Shown: positions 40,281 through 50,334, counted from the stretch's first letter. The stretch is 64,000 bases of DNA from a virus (IMGVR_UViG_3300006793_000017:27814-91813), one strand, 5' to 3'. Notes: generated by a model from the letters alone, not told the origin. Numbers and translations: made by a program.

Positions 40281-41131
40281 TGAAATTCAAACTGTGGAAG
40301 CAACATGGCGCACTTAACTCTAAACCTATTTTTGCTGCTTTTGAACGTAGCATTGTATCTTGTGGGCATAGTGTTACTGACTCCGATACTGATAGTGACG
40401 TTAATGTTATTTGGAGCGTATTGTTTAATGGAAGAATGGCGCCTAACAAAGCAGTCTGGGAGCAAAAGAAGCCAACAATAGTATTAGAAGTAGGTGGAAT
40501 TAAAAGAGGAACCACCTGGAAGGTAGGAATTAATGGAATCAATAGGGACGGTTATTTTGGTCCTGGTAATAATGATAATAGTCGTAGCAGGAATCTTGGG
40601 CTATTTTTAAAACCTTGGCGTAAAGAAGGCAAATACATTTTATTATGTGGACAGCATGATAAAAGTTTGCAATGGAAAGACATGCCTCGCATGAGTCAGT
40701 GGGTAATAGACATTGTAACTGAAATTAGAAAGTATTCAGATAGAATGATTAAGTTTAGACCGCATCCAAGGTGCCGTTTAGACTCAATTGAAGCATACCT
40801 CCCCAACGTACTTAGGCAAGAGCCCGTTCAATTGATCGGTACGTATGATGATTTCGACATGTCATTCGAAGATGTTTGGGCCACTATAAGCTGGTCAAGC
40901 AATCCAGGTATTCATAGCGTCATAAATGGTGTTCCTGCATATACAGGCCCATCAAGTTTAGCATACGATGTTAGTATGCAAGACTTATCTACAATCGAAG
41001 ATCCTATTTTGCCAGACAGAGAGCAATGGCTAAATGATTATGCATGGACTGAGTTTACTGTCGAAGAAATAGAACAAGGTCTACCACTAAAAAGATTAGA
41101 AAATTACCTAAAAACGCAAATTAACTCTTGA
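40280..41131 (+). CDS. KpsC/KpsS-like glycosyltransferase paralog 5
   Basis: KPWRKEG.YILLCGQ...D, FRPHP, WSSNPGIHSVINGVP, EFTVEEI. Confidence 0.58.
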   Translation: MKFKLWKQHGALNSKPIFAAFERSIVSCGHSVTDSDTDSDVNVIWSVLFNGRMAPNKAVWEQKKPTIVLEVGGIKRGTTWKVGINGINRDGYFGPGNNDNSRSRNLGLFLKPWRKEGKYILLCGQHDKSLQWKDMPRMSQWVIDIVTEIRKYSDRMIKFRPHPRCRLDSIEAYLPNVLRQEPVQLIGTYDDFDMSFEDVWATISWSSNPGIHSVINGVPAYTGPSSLAYDVSMQDLSTIEDPILPDREQWLNDYAWTEFTVEEIEQGLPLKRLENYLKTQINS

Positions 41132-41156
41132 TCTCTGCGGCATTCTATTATATAAT
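41128..41156 (+). promoter_or_regulatory. Sigma70-type promoter, leaderless geometry
   Basis: TTGATC-17-TATAAT-6 nt-ATG(41163). Confidence 0.7.
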
Positions 41157-41162
41157 AGTAGT

Positions 41163-42353
41163 ATGAGATATCACACTTTTACAGAAGATCTATTCATAGA
41201 TTTCTTGGACACGCTTGAGAGAAAATATTACTCAATGCAATACCAAGACCGTTCTGCTGCTCATAGTTTTTATGATTCTATACATCAAGGAAAACAATTG
41301 ACTGAGAAACAGGCCCAATATGTACTAAAGTTACTGTTCAAGTACCGTAAAGCAGTTGCAGATGAAATTGATTATAGAGATCATATGGAGATGCCTCAGT
41401 GGAAACAACCTTTCCGTGTTGTTGATATGTCTAAGAAAGTATGGATTGAAGAAATTAATAAAAAGCATATGATTGTGCTAAAATTTCCGTTTCATTTTAA
41501 AACAGAATTTGATGAGTTTATCAAAGAAGTTCGGTATGACATGGATAATGAGAATCGATGGGACGGAGAAAGAAAAGTTAGAACACTTTCTTTGTATGGT
41601 TACAATCTTGTATTACTCAAAGAATTTTTAAAAGTTAATGATTTTGAAATTGACCATGAATTTAATGATGTTGTTGAACGTGTAGAAGAAATTTATTGGG
41701 ATGTAAAGGAGTACAGCAAACTTAGTAAAATTATTGAAGGTTCAGTTGAATTAAAAAACGCTAGTGACAGTGCCAAAGTATATTTTAGAAAACATAAGAC
41801 TGGTAAAATAAACTCTGACTTAGTGTTAGCAAAATCTATGGGTCATATCTTTGGTGGTAAAAATAAAAACATTAACTCATGGAATAAAAAGATTGCAAGT
41901 GAAACAGGAAATCACTTTTGGATTAAAGATTTGAGTGATTTTATCAAATTGGGTTATTCTGTTGATGGCAGAATTGCAATTATCCTTGATCGAACAGGTG
42001 ATGTAAATAGTTGGTTATATACATTATGCGATACTATTGATAATTGCGGGTTTGATAGGAGTGATTTTAGAGTATGCTTCAGAGCCAATAAACATGCAGA
42101 TGGTGATCATTTGAATACATGGGTTAGAGAACAAGGATTTGGAGGAAAAATTGAAGGTGCTAAGTTTTTAATTTTTAATCAAAAACCTGCAAAGTGGTTG
42201 TTCAAAGACGAAAAAGATGTTACAATACTAGCAAGTAATAATTTATTTGCAACAGGTACTAGTATGATGAGAAACTTATTTAAAAATCACCCGTGTATTG
42301 TATACATCGGCGATATCGAACCAACAATTCAGGAGCCTTTAATTGAACTGTAA
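41163..42353 (+). CDS. Hypothetical protein upstream of UvsW
   Basis: Long ORF; LTEKQ motif; no recognisable catalytic motif. Confidence 0.6.
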   Translation: MRYHTFTEDLFIDFLDTLERKYYSMQYQDRSAAHSFYDSIHQGKQLTEKQAQYVLKLLFKYRKAVADEIDYRDHMEMPQWKQPFRVVDMSKKVWIEEINKKHMIVLKFPFHFKTEFDEFIKEVRYDMDNENRWDGERKVRTLSLYGYNLVLLKEFLKVNDFEIDHEFNDVVERVEEIYWDVKEYSKLSKIIEGSVELKNASDSAKVYFRKHKTGKINSDLVLAKSMGHIFGGKNKNINSWNKKIASETGNHFWIKDLSDFIKLGYSVDGRIAIILDRTGDVNSWLYTLCDTIDNCGFDRSDFRVCFRANKHADGDHLNTWVREQGFGGKIEGAKFLIFNQKPAKWLFKDEKDVTILASNNLFATGTSMMRNLFKNHPCIVYIGDIEPTIQEPLIEL

Positions 42354-43794
42354 ACTTGTTATTAAAGATGAAGTAAACATTAAACTGGAAGGTCTTGATG
42401 TTGCAACACGTCGAAAGATTGCAAACAAGCTCAAGTATGATTTACCGTATGCAAGGCACATGCCAGCATATAAATTAGGTAGATGGGATGGAACTGTTAG
42501 TTTCTTTGGTATTGGTGGTACAGGGTATGTTGCACACTTAGATGTTATTTTACCTGTTATTGACGAGTCTGGTTATGAGATAGAAGTTATTGATCAGCGT
42601 CAAACTACAGACTTAAAATTTGACAAAATTACAGAAAACTACTGGGCTGACAAAGGTAAAGTTTGGCCTAAAGGACATCAGCTCGAAGGACAACCAATTG
42701 TTCTAAGAGATTATCAATATGATGTTGTTAATAAATTTTTAGATAACCCACAAAGTTTACAAGAAGTAGCAACAGGTGCAGGTAAAACAATTACTACTGC
42801 AACACTTAGTCATTTGTGTGAGCCATATGGACGTACAATTGTAATTGTACCTAATAAAAGTCTTGTTGTACAAACAGAAGAAGATTATATTAACTTAGGA
42901 CTTGATGTAGGTGTATACTTCGGAGACAGAAAAGAACTAGGAAAAACACATACAGTATGTACATGGCAAAGTCTTAATGTTTTAGATAAAAAAGGCAAAT
43001 ATGACGAAGCTCTTACACTTGCAGAATTTTTAGAAGGCGTTAATGCAGTTATTATTGACGAAGTGCATCAAGCAAAAGCAGATGTACTTAAAAAACTGTT
43101 AACAATCAATTTAAAAAATGCTCCTATACGTTGGGGACTAACAGGAACTGTACCTAAACAAGCATGGGAATTTCAAGGTATACTTGCAGGCATTGGTCCT
43201 GTTATTAATCAAGTTACTGCCCACGATTTACAAGAAAAGGATGTACTTGCAAAACTAGATATACAAATTTTACAGACAAAAAACATTGAAGAATTTAGAA
43301 ACTATCAAGAAGAATATACTTGGTTAGTTACAGACCCAGATAGAATATCGTGGATGTCTTCTAAGATAAAAGAATTTTCGTTAACAGGTAATACACTGGT
43401 GCTAGTAAACAGAATTGATACAGGTAAAAAAATTATGGAACAAATACCTGAAGCAGTTTTTGTTGCTGGTGAAATGAAACTTGCTGATAGAAAGGAAGAG
43501 TATGACGAAATTAAAACATCTGATGGAAAGGTTATCATTGCTACATATGGTGTGGCTGCTGTCGGGATTAATATCCCTAGGATATTTAATTTGGTGCTTA
43601 TTGAACCTGGTAAAAGTTTTGTTAGGGTAATTCAAAGTATCGGTAGAGGCATACGTAAGGCAGAAGATAAAGATTTTGTACAAATATGGGATATTACGTC
43701 AACATGTAAATATGCAAAACGTCACTTAACAGAACGTAAGAAGTTTTACAGAGAAGCGAAATATCCTTTCCAAATAACTAAAATAGACACATGA
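42343..43794 (+). CDS. uvsW: SF2 DNA helicase
   Basis: LRDYQ, ATGAGKT, DEVH, GLTGT, GINIP, QSIGRGIR. Confidence 0.9.
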   Translation: MNCKLVIKDEVNIKLEGLDVATRRKIANKLKYDLPYARHMPAYKLGRWDGTVSFFGIGGTGYVAHLDVILPVIDESGYEIEVIDQRQTTDLKFDKITENYWADKGKVWPKGHQLEGQPIVLRDYQYDVVNKFLDNPQSLQEVATGAGKTITTATLSHLCEPYGRTIVIVPNKSLVVQTEEDYINLGLDVGVYFGDRKELGKTHTVCTWQSLNVLDKKGKYDEALTLAEFLEGVNAVIIDEVHQAKADVLKKLLTINLKNAPIRWGLTGTVPKQAWEFQGILAGIGPVINQVTAHDLQEKDVLAKLDIQILQTKNIEEFRNYQEEYTWLVTDPDRISWMSSKIKEFSLTGNTLVLVNRIDTGKKIMEQIPEAVFVAGEMKLADRKEEYDEIKTSDGKVIIATYGVAAVGINIPRIFNLVLIEPGKSFVRVIQSIGRGIRKAEDKDFVQIWDITSTCKYAKRHLTERKKFYREAKYPFQITKIDT

Positions 43795-43970
43795 ATGAAG
43801 TAAAAAATTATAAGGAAGCAACGCCAGAGCAAATACAAAAATGGCACGAAACAGAAGGTAAATGGTGGGCTGACAGAAGCCTATCAATAGTGACAATAGC
43901 ATCTATAATGCAGTTTGGTAGTATAGGTTTTATGCTGTTGTCTTTTTATATCATAGGCAAAATATTTTAA
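43791..43970 (+). CDS. 59-aa membrane protein
   Basis: Hand-translated MNEVKNYKEATPEQ...SIVTIASIMQFGSIGFMLLSFYIIGKIF; ATGA overlap. Confidence 0.6.
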   Translation: MNEVKNYKEATPEQIQKWHETEGKWWADRSLSIVTIASIMQFGSIGFMLLSFYIIGKIF

Positions 43971-43973
43971 GGC

Positions 43974-44252
43974 ATGACATCAAATTGTATTACACATCAA
44001 GAACTAGCACGGTTGGATAACGGAGAAGATGTATATGGCACTTACGAAGAAGTAGAGGCATATGCAGAAAAGTCGGACACATGGGTTATTAGATATTATG
44101 ACCATGTTAATCCTAGCACAGTTTACAATACTTTTAAATGGGTAGGTAAAGGATTGTCAGACCCATTTAGCGTAAGTGTTCCTTTTGATTATCGAGAAAG
44201 TAGAGCAAAAGGCACATTCAATACTAGAGGGGTAAATTTAGACAAATGGTAG
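43974..44252 (+). CDS. Hypothetical protein
   Basis: ORF track; in operon. Confidence 0.55.
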   Translation: MTSNCITHQELARLDNGEDVYGTYEEVEAYAEKSDTWVIRYYDHVNPSTVYNTFKWVGKGLSDPFSVSVPFDYRESRAKGTFNTRGVNLDKW

Positions 44253-44380
44253 GTAGTATTGAAAATAAAATATTAAAGTTAAAAGAAAGCATAGAAGTAT
44301 GCAAAGCAGAGAAAGTTAATTATAAGATTATCGAAAGATTACAACAACGCCTAAAGGAATTAGAAGATAAGATTTCTTGA
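44246..44380 (+). CDS. 44-aa coiled-coil peptide
   Basis: MVGSIENKILKLKES...LKELEDKIS, overlaps previous stop. Confidence 0.4.
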   Translation: MVGSIENKILKLKESIEVCKAEKVNYKIIERLQQRLKELEDKIS

Positions 44381-44405
44381 CAAATCGCATGTAATCGTAT
44401 ATAAT
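44377..44405 (+). promoter_or_regulatory. Sigma70 consensus promoter
   Basis: TTGACA-17-TATAAT. Confidence 0.82.
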
Positions 44406-44430
44406 CGTATATACAAATAAGGAAAAATAA

Positions 44431-44940
44431 ATGAGTAGAATTTTGACATTAGATAACAAGGCGTTCAATTTAAATGAACTACCCGAAGAAGTGGAAGAGG
44501 ACGCAAGATTTAGTGTGCTTGATAATAGTGAACCAGGCAATCCAGATTTCTTCTTCATGCCACTTATATTTTTAGAAAGTTTTAATAGTCCAGCAATCTT
44601 AATGAATATTGGAGGATATGAAATACAAATGCCGCTAGATTGGTGTATGTTAATTGGAGATAGCGATTGTGCTACAGATCCAGAAGTATTACCGTTAACT
44701 AGTATTAACGAAAGAGGATTTGAAGCATTCTGTATGAATCCAATTAAAGGTTATAGGGCTGATTTTCAACCAGTAGAAATAGTAAACATCTACCAAGACG
44801 TAAGATGGTTTTTTCCAAAGATGAAAAACGGACAACTATTATCAGTTCCATTGCATGACGGTGATAATCCGCCATGTGTTTACTTTGTTAAAGAAATTAG
44901 TAGACAGTCAGAACAAGTCGAATTGGCTAACTTACTCTGA
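44431..44940 (+). CDS. Conserved hypothetical, possible inactive Hint-fold protein
   Basis: AAGGA SD; beta-strand pattern resembling Hint without catalytic residues. Confidence 0.55.
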   Translation: MSRILTLDNKAFNLNELPEEVEEDARFSVLDNSEPGNPDFFFMPLIFLESFNSPAILMNIGGYEIQMPLDWCMLIGDSDCATDPEVLPLTSINERGFEAFCMNPIKGYRADFQPVEIVNIYQDVRWFFPKMKNGQLLSVPLHDGDNPPCVYFVKEISRQSEQVELANLL

Positions 44941-44978
44941 TAATTAAGTATGTATATTAAAATATCTAGGAGTATAAA

Positions 44979-45335
44979 ATGGGTATCAAAGCAGGAAAGA
45001 TTTGGGGTAACACAGAACTAGTACATGCAAATGGTGTACTAGAGTTTCACCGCATTGAGTATAATAAAGGTTTCAAATGTTCTGAACACGAACATCAATT
45101 TAAATGGAATGGCTTCTTTGTTGAGTCGGGCAAAATGTTAATTCGTGTTTGGCAGGACGGAGAACAAAAAGGACTAGTTGATGAAACTATCCTTGAAGCA
45201 GGCGACTTTACACAAGTTAAGCCTGGTAAGATCCATCAGTTCGAAGGACTCGAAGATGGTGTAGCGTTTGAGCTATATTGGGCAGAGTTCAATCATGACG
45301 ACATTGTGCGTAGAACTGTTGGAACTAAAACATAA
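44979..45335 (+). CDS. Cupin protein
   Basis: KIWG, CSEHEHQFKWNGF, PGKIHQF. Confidence 0.78.
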   Translation: MGIKAGKIWGNTELVHANGVLEFHRIEYNKGFKCSEHEHQFKWNGFFVESGKMLIRVWQDGEQKGLVDETILEAGDFTQVKPGKIHQFEGLEDGVAFELYWAEFNHDDIVRRTVGTKT

Positions 45336-46087
45336 TGCAGAAACTTGGTATTGTATCAACGTTTAGTGACAAAGGGTATCACGAATATGGAAAACACTTT
45401 GTAGAAAGTGTAAGAAAATTTGTTTCACCTAATATCACTGTTTACATCTATGTAGACAACATTGAAATTGAAAATCCACCACCTAACTTTGTTATTAGAA
45501 AGTTAGAGCCGTCAGTACCAGAACTTACAGAATTTAAAAAACGTAATGCACACAGAGTGCCTGGTAAGTTTATATATGACGGTGTAAGGTTTAGTCACAA
45601 GAGTTATTGTATTTGGCATTGTGCAAATAATGCTGATGTAGATACACTATACTGGATTGACAGCGATGCCGAGATTTACAATAGTATTACCGAAGAATAT
45701 CTTAAAGGATTTTTACCTGAGGGATTATTCACAAGTTACTTAGGAAGACCTCATTATACAGAAACAGGTTTTCTTGCGTTTGACTTGAACCACAAACATG
45801 CTAAAGAATTTTTTGATGTGTGGAAGGAATACTATACGCACGATACAATTTATGATCTAGCAGGGCAATTAGATTGCCATGCATTTGATGCTGCAAGAGA
45901 AAGACTTGAGAAAGAAGGCAAGATACACAACTATGATATTGCACGTATACGCTTTCCTGGTCTTGGCAAAAATCATTTTAATGCAGCTCTTGAACATCAC
46001 ATTATACACTACAAAGGAGATCGTAAGTTGAAAAGGGACGAGCAATTAGCTCGAGCAATAAAACGTATGAAGAAAGGAAAAAGGTGA
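45335..46087 (+). CDS. GT-A glycosyltransferase, paralog of 39468
   Basis: RFSHKS, WIDSD, ETGF, DCHAFD, HYKG. Confidence 0.72.
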   Translation: MQKLGIVSTFSDKGYHEYGKHFVESVRKFVSPNITVYIYVDNIEIENPPPNFVIRKLEPSVPELTEFKKRNAHRVPGKFIYDGVRFSHKSYCIWHCANNADVDTLYWIDSDAEIYNSITEEYLKGFLPEGLFTSYLGRPHYTETGFLAFDLNHKHAKEFFDVWKEYYTHDTIYDLAGQLDCHAFDAARERLEKEGKIHNYDIARIRFPGLGKNHFNAALEHHIIHYKGDRKLKRDEQLARAIKRMKKGKR

Positions 46088-46314
46088 TTAAATTGGCAAC
46101 AAAAGGACTCAATGGACTTAAGAATAAAAAAGAAAAAGAGTTCATTCAAGACATGGTTAGTAACAGAAGTGCTAACGTAAGAGAAGAATCTCATTACGTA
46201 GTAGATATGTACGAAAATGGTGAACTAGTTGAAAGCAGACCCATTGTTGGACATAGCAAAGCATATGCTAACGACTGTGCAAGAAATTGGAATAGTGGCG
46301 TAATTAAAAGATGA
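46084..46314 (+). CDS. Hypothetical protein
   Basis: GTGA/ATGA-coupled ORF. Confidence 0.55.
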   Translation: MIKLATKGLNGLKNKKEKEFIQDMVSNRSANVREESHYVVDMYENGELVESRPIVGHSKAYANDCARNWNSGVIKR

Positions 46315-47168
46315 AAATTTTACTAACTGGACACAAAGGTTTTATAGGTAGTCATTACTACGACTATGTTAAAGATTCACATGACGTAACTGCTTATGAT
46401 CTAGTGAACGAACAAGACCTTTGTAAGACAGAAATAGTAGATCAAATGCCACAGGGTGATGTAGTAGTGCATATGGCAGCAACTAATGGAACACGTTTAT
46501 TTTACGAAACTCCTACACAAGTTGCATTTAATAATACACTACCAACATTTAATTTAATTAAAAAATATCAAAACACAGACACAAAATTTGTATTCACAAG
46601 TACTTGTGAAATATTTAACGGTGCAATAGATAAAGGTATATATGGCGTGCCAACAGATGAAAATGTTCCTATACATTTTGAGGACATTATAAATCCACGT
46701 TGGAGTTACAGTATACCTAAAGCACTGGGTGAAAACTTAGTAGCAAATGCAGGACTTGAATATCTTATTATTAGATACTTCAATGTTTACGGACCAAGAC
46801 AGAAAGATCATTTTATCAGTGAGTTCGTAGAGCGAGTAGCAAAAGGTGAATACTTTATTAAGGGCGATGACACACGCAGTTTCTGTTATATAGACGATGC
46901 AGTAAAACTAACACACGAACTTGTAAAAAATACAAGCAACGAAATTGTAAACGTAGGCAGAGAAGAAGAAAGTCAAATATCAGATGTAGCAAAATGCATC
47001 ATGGATATTATGGGTGTAGACCCAACTAAACTAGAGATATTACCTGGACTAAAAGGCAGTGCAAAACGCCGTTGTCCTGATACAAAGAAACTTTTATCAA
47101 TTACCGAACCTTTTGAGTATACACCACTCAGGGAAGGATTAAAACTAACAGTGGAGTCACTATTATGA
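46311..47168 (+). CDS. NAD-dependent epimerase/dehydratase (extended SDR)
   Basis: TGHKGFIG, HMAA, YSIPK (YxxxK), RYFNVYGP, RSFCYIDD. Confidence 0.9.
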   Translation: MKILLTGHKGFIGSHYYDYVKDSHDVTAYDLVNEQDLCKTEIVDQMPQGDVVVHMAATNGTRLFYETPTQVAFNNTLPTFNLIKKYQNTDTKFVFTSTCEIFNGAIDKGIYGVPTDENVPIHFEDIINPRWSYSIPKALGENLVANAGLEYLIIRYFNVYGPRQKDHFISEFVERVAKGEYFIKGDDTRSFCYIDDAVKLTHELVKNTSNEIVNVGREEESQISDVAKCIMDIMGVDPTKLEILPGLKGSAKRRCPDTKKLLSITEPFEYTPLREGLKLTVESLL

Positions 47169-47962
47169 AACTAGGAATCATTGGACTTGGTACAGTAGGT
47201 TCAGCAAACAAAGCAGGATTTGAACATATCGGTCATGAAATTATCGGACACGATATTACACTTGATACACAAATTACAGATATCTTTAATACAGAAATTA
47301 CTTTTGTTTGTGTACCAACACCAAGCAAAGAAAACGGTGATTGTGACACAACTATTATTGAAAGTGTAATAGACGAACTTGCAGATATTAATTATAAAGG
47401 TATTATTGCTATTAGAAGTACAGCAGTACCTGGCTTTACACAAAGCATGATTGATAAACACAAGAACTTAACTATTGCATTTGTACCAGAATTTTTACGT
47501 GAACGCTGTGCATTAGATGACTTCTTAAACAATCATAAACTACTTGCAGTAGGTACACATGATATTTGGGTGCATAGAAAAGTTGTTGCAGCACACGGTG
47601 ATTTACCACAAAATATCGAGCATCTAACACCTAACGAAGCAGAAGTACTTAAATACTATAATAACGTATATGCTGCTGTAAGAGTAACATTTGCTAACGT
47701 AATGTACGAAATCTGTGAGAAGTTAGACTGTGATTACAATACAATTAAGAACGCATATATTAAAACAGGAAAAGCAATTGATATGTACTTAGACGTTTAT
47801 CCTGAGCTACGAGGTTACGGCGGTATGTGTTTACCTAAAGATACAAAAGCTCTTGCATCATTAATTAAAAAACTTGACTTACCATTTGACTTGTTAGACG
47901 TTGTTACGGAGGACAACTCCAAAGTAAAAAAGACCGTGTTTAATGGGATGAGAGAGAATTAA
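47165..47962 (+). CDS. UDP-glucose/GDP-mannose dehydrogenase family, lacking C-terminal domain
   Basis: GLGTVG, CVPTP, RST, PEFLRE, K.YNN, GYGGMCLPKD; only 265 aa. Confidence 0.88.
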   Translation: MKLGIIGLGTVGSANKAGFEHIGHEIIGHDITLDTQITDIFNTEITFVCVPTPSKENGDCDTTIIESVIDELADINYKGIIAIRSTAVPGFTQSMIDKHKNLTIAFVPEFLRERCALDDFLNNHKLLAVGTHDIWVHRKVVAAHGDLPQNIEHLTPNEAEVLKYYNNVYAAVRVTFANVMYEICEKLDCDYNTIKNAYIKTGKAIDMYLDVYPELRGYGGMCLPKDTKALASLIKKLDLPFDLLDVVTEDNSKVKKTVFNGMREN

Positions 47963-48123
47963 TGCTTAGTAAAGTAAAGCATTGGGCTGATGTATGTAAA
48001 ATACATTGGAAAGAGATTATATCTCTTGCTATTGCTTTACATTGGATTATGGACTTATTAATTATTATACCATTGTCATTAGCATTAGGCTTTTTCTTTG
48101 GTATTCAATTCGGAGAACATTAA
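47962..48123 (+). CDS. 53-aa membrane protein
   Basis: Hand-translated MLSKVKHWADVCKIHWKEIISLAIALHWIMDLLIIIPLSLALGFFFGIQFGEH; TAATG coupling both sides. Confidence 0.65.
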   Translation: MLSKVKHWADVCKIHWKEIISLAIALHWIMDLLIIIPLSLALGFFFGIQFGEH

Positions 48124-48791
48124 TGGATCATCCTATTGTCGACAAACTTGTTAGTTTAGTAGTCTGGCCTAAAGGCACCAAGCCGCATATTTTAGATATA
48201 GGTGCAAATCAAGGTCAGTTTGCAAGAGAGATGAGAGAGTGGTTCGGCAATGCATACATATATTCTATCGAAGCAAATCCTTATTGCGAAAAGAAACTAG
48301 GTAAACAAAAAGGTAGCGGTCAACTTAACGAGTATGAAATTGTTGCACTTGGAAAACAAGAAGGCGTATTAGATTTTTTTTATTCTGAAAGAAAGCCTGC
48401 AGGCAAAGGTGCTAGTTTTTATCCAGAGATAGAGCAAGGTGATTTATTATCTATGCAAGTGCCTGTAAGAAGATTAGATGATGTAATGTTAGGTAAACAC
48501 TTTCATTTAATTAAAATTGATGTACAAGGTGCAGAAAAAGATGTTATCGAAGGCGGAAGAACAATAATTGATAAAGCAAAATATGTTATACTTGAACTTG
48601 CAATTAAACCTTATAACGAAGGTGCTCCAACAGGAGTAGAGATGATAGAATTAATGAATAGTTTAGGATTTGGTTTGACCAATTGTATTACTGAACATAG
48701 AAGTTCAAACAAACAAGTATTACAGATAGACGGATTGTTTGAAAAAGGAATTGAGAACGCTACACAACCAATGGAGTATTTTAGTGTATAA
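48123..48791 (+). CDS. FkbM-family methyltransferase
   Basis: LDIGANQG, IEAN, IKIDVQGAE, QID.LF. Confidence 0.88.
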   Translation: MDHPIVDKLVSLVVWPKGTKPHILDIGANQGQFAREMREWFGNAYIYSIEANPYCEKKLGKQKGSGQLNEYEIVALGKQEGVLDFFYSERKPAGKGASFYPEIEQGDLLSMQVPVRRLDDVMLGKHFHLIKIDVQGAEKDVIEGGRTIIDKAKYVILELAIKPYNEGAPTGVEMIELMNSLGFGLTNCITEHRSSNKQVLQIDGLFEKGIENATQPMEYFSV

Positions 48792-49530
48792 ATTGCATTA
48801 CGAAAAGCAAGTTCATTCACAGAACGGTGAAGACGGTATTATTGAAATGATGACTAATTCTATCATTAATCCAGACAAAACATTTTTAGAAATTGGTTGG
48901 GGTGATGGCGGAACAAATATGACCAACTACTTACAATATGAAAAAGATTGGAGCGGTGTAGGTGTTGATGCCAAAGAAGATCCTAAAGGTAAAGAGCGAT
49001 TTACAGATAAATTTAAGCACATAGCGTCTAAAGTTTATCCACACAACGCACAAGAATTTATGAAAGAAGTCCCTTATAACTGCGACTTTTTTAGTTTAGA
49101 TATAGATAGTTTCGACTATGCTATTGCACACGAATTATTTTTAAACGGCGGTTTTAGACCCAAAACAGTATGTGTAGAGTTTACAGATCAGTTTGGTCCT
49201 GACGTTGTTGCAAGTTTTCCATACGTATCTAGTATGCCTTGGAAGATACTTAGGAAAGGAAAGTTAACCACATCAGGCTGTAGTTTACAGAAGTGGAAAC
49301 TATTCTTTGAACATTTTAACTACTCGTACTTTGGGTTTGACTCGAGCAGCACTAACTGTTTCTTTTATAATCCACAAGAACTTGTTCCGGCACACTTAGA
49401 GAATTTGCCTATATTGGCAAATGCAGAAATGCAATATACCGATGACAGCAAAATGGTTGAAAATATTAATCAATCAGCTGCATGGAAACCGTTAGTGAAA
49501 CAGATTTACACTGACGACTTAGGACTATGA
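48784..49530 (+). CDS. FkbM-like methyltransferase
   Basis: SQNGEDG, FLEIG.GDG, SLDIDS.DY, RPK...VE. Confidence 0.72.
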   Translation: MYKLHYEKQVHSQNGEDGIIEMMTNSIINPDKTFLEIGWGDGGTNMTNYLQYEKDWSGVGVDAKEDPKGKERFTDKFKHIASKVYPHNAQEFMKEVPYNCDFFSLDIDSFDYAIAHELFLNGGFRPKTVCVEFTDQFGPDVVASFPYVSSMPWKILRKGKLTTSGCSLQKWKLFFEHFNYSYFGFDSSSTNCFFYNPQELVPAHLENLPILANAEMQYTDDSKMVENINQSAAWKPLVKQIYTDDLGL

Positions 49531-49555
49531 AAACACAACAACAAAGGAAAACTAT

Positions 49556-49744
49556 ATGTTACACAAAATTAGTGATATGTGCAACAAAGTTGACGTCATA
49601 CACAGAAAATCTGAAGAGCTAAGAAAACTAAAGTATGACACACCAAAAGATGCACGAGACAACACACAGATTGACTTCCTCATTCAAGACATTCAAACAC
49701 TGTGTCGAGAAATTGCATACGATCGCGGCGAGTACAACAAATGA
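49556..49744 (+). CDS. Hypothetical protein
   Basis: AAGGA SD, ATGA overlap downstream. Confidence 0.55.
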   Translation: MLHKISDMCNKVDVIHRKSEELRKLKYDTPKDARDNTQIDFLIQDIQTLCREIAYDRGEYNK

Positions 49745-50292
49745 TATCAACTGATTATCAAGAAATGCTTTCGCTTATTCATAGCGGAACAAAGTTTGGA
49801 AAGCGTTCTAAAATACCAGAACATTTAAAAAAGTTTATATCCAAACAAGCAATTAGATCTATGATTGATTTTGGTTGTGGTAAAGGACAATTAATTGACG
49901 TGTTAAAACACAACTACCCTAGTATAGATATTATGGGGTATGATCCTGCCAATCCAAAATTTGATGTACCTTTAAAGAAAGTTGATTTAATATTTTCAAC
50001 TGATGTACTAGAACATATTGAGCCCGAACATCTTGATGCAACACTAGAAGAAATAAAAGAACACAGCACATACATATACCATTTGATCAGCTGTGCGCCT
50101 GCCAAACTTATACTGCCAGATGGGCGCAATGCTCATCTAATACAACAACCTCCAGAATGGTGGAAACAGAAGCATTTGGCTATGGGCTACGAAGTAATTA
50201 AAGAAGAATATAGAGAATTTAACAAATATTCAAAACAACTTGGCAAAAATATACCAGTTAAAAATTACTTCATTATGGCTAGGTTATCATAA
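49741..50292 (+). CDS. Class I SAM-dependent methyltransferase
   Basis: IDFGCGKG, GYDP, DVLEHIEP, NAHLI. Confidence 0.85.
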   Translation: MISTDYQEMLSLIHSGTKFGKRSKIPEHLKKFISKQAIRSMIDFGCGKGQLIDVLKHNYPSIDIMGYDPANPKFDVPLKKVDLIFSTDVLEHIEPEHLDATLEEIKEHSTYIYHLISCAPAKLILPDGRNAHLIQQPPEWWKQKHLAMGYEVIKEEYREFNKYSKQLGKNIPVKNYFIMARLS

Positions 50293-50299
50293 AAAACAC

Positions 50300-50328
50300 T
50301 TGCATTTATTTGCTAAAGATAGTACAAT
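50300..50328 (+). promoter_or_regulatory. Sigma70-type promoter, leaderless geometry
   Basis: TTGCAT-17-TACAAT-6 nt-ATG(50335). Confidence 0.65.
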
Positions 50329-50334
50329 ATAACT

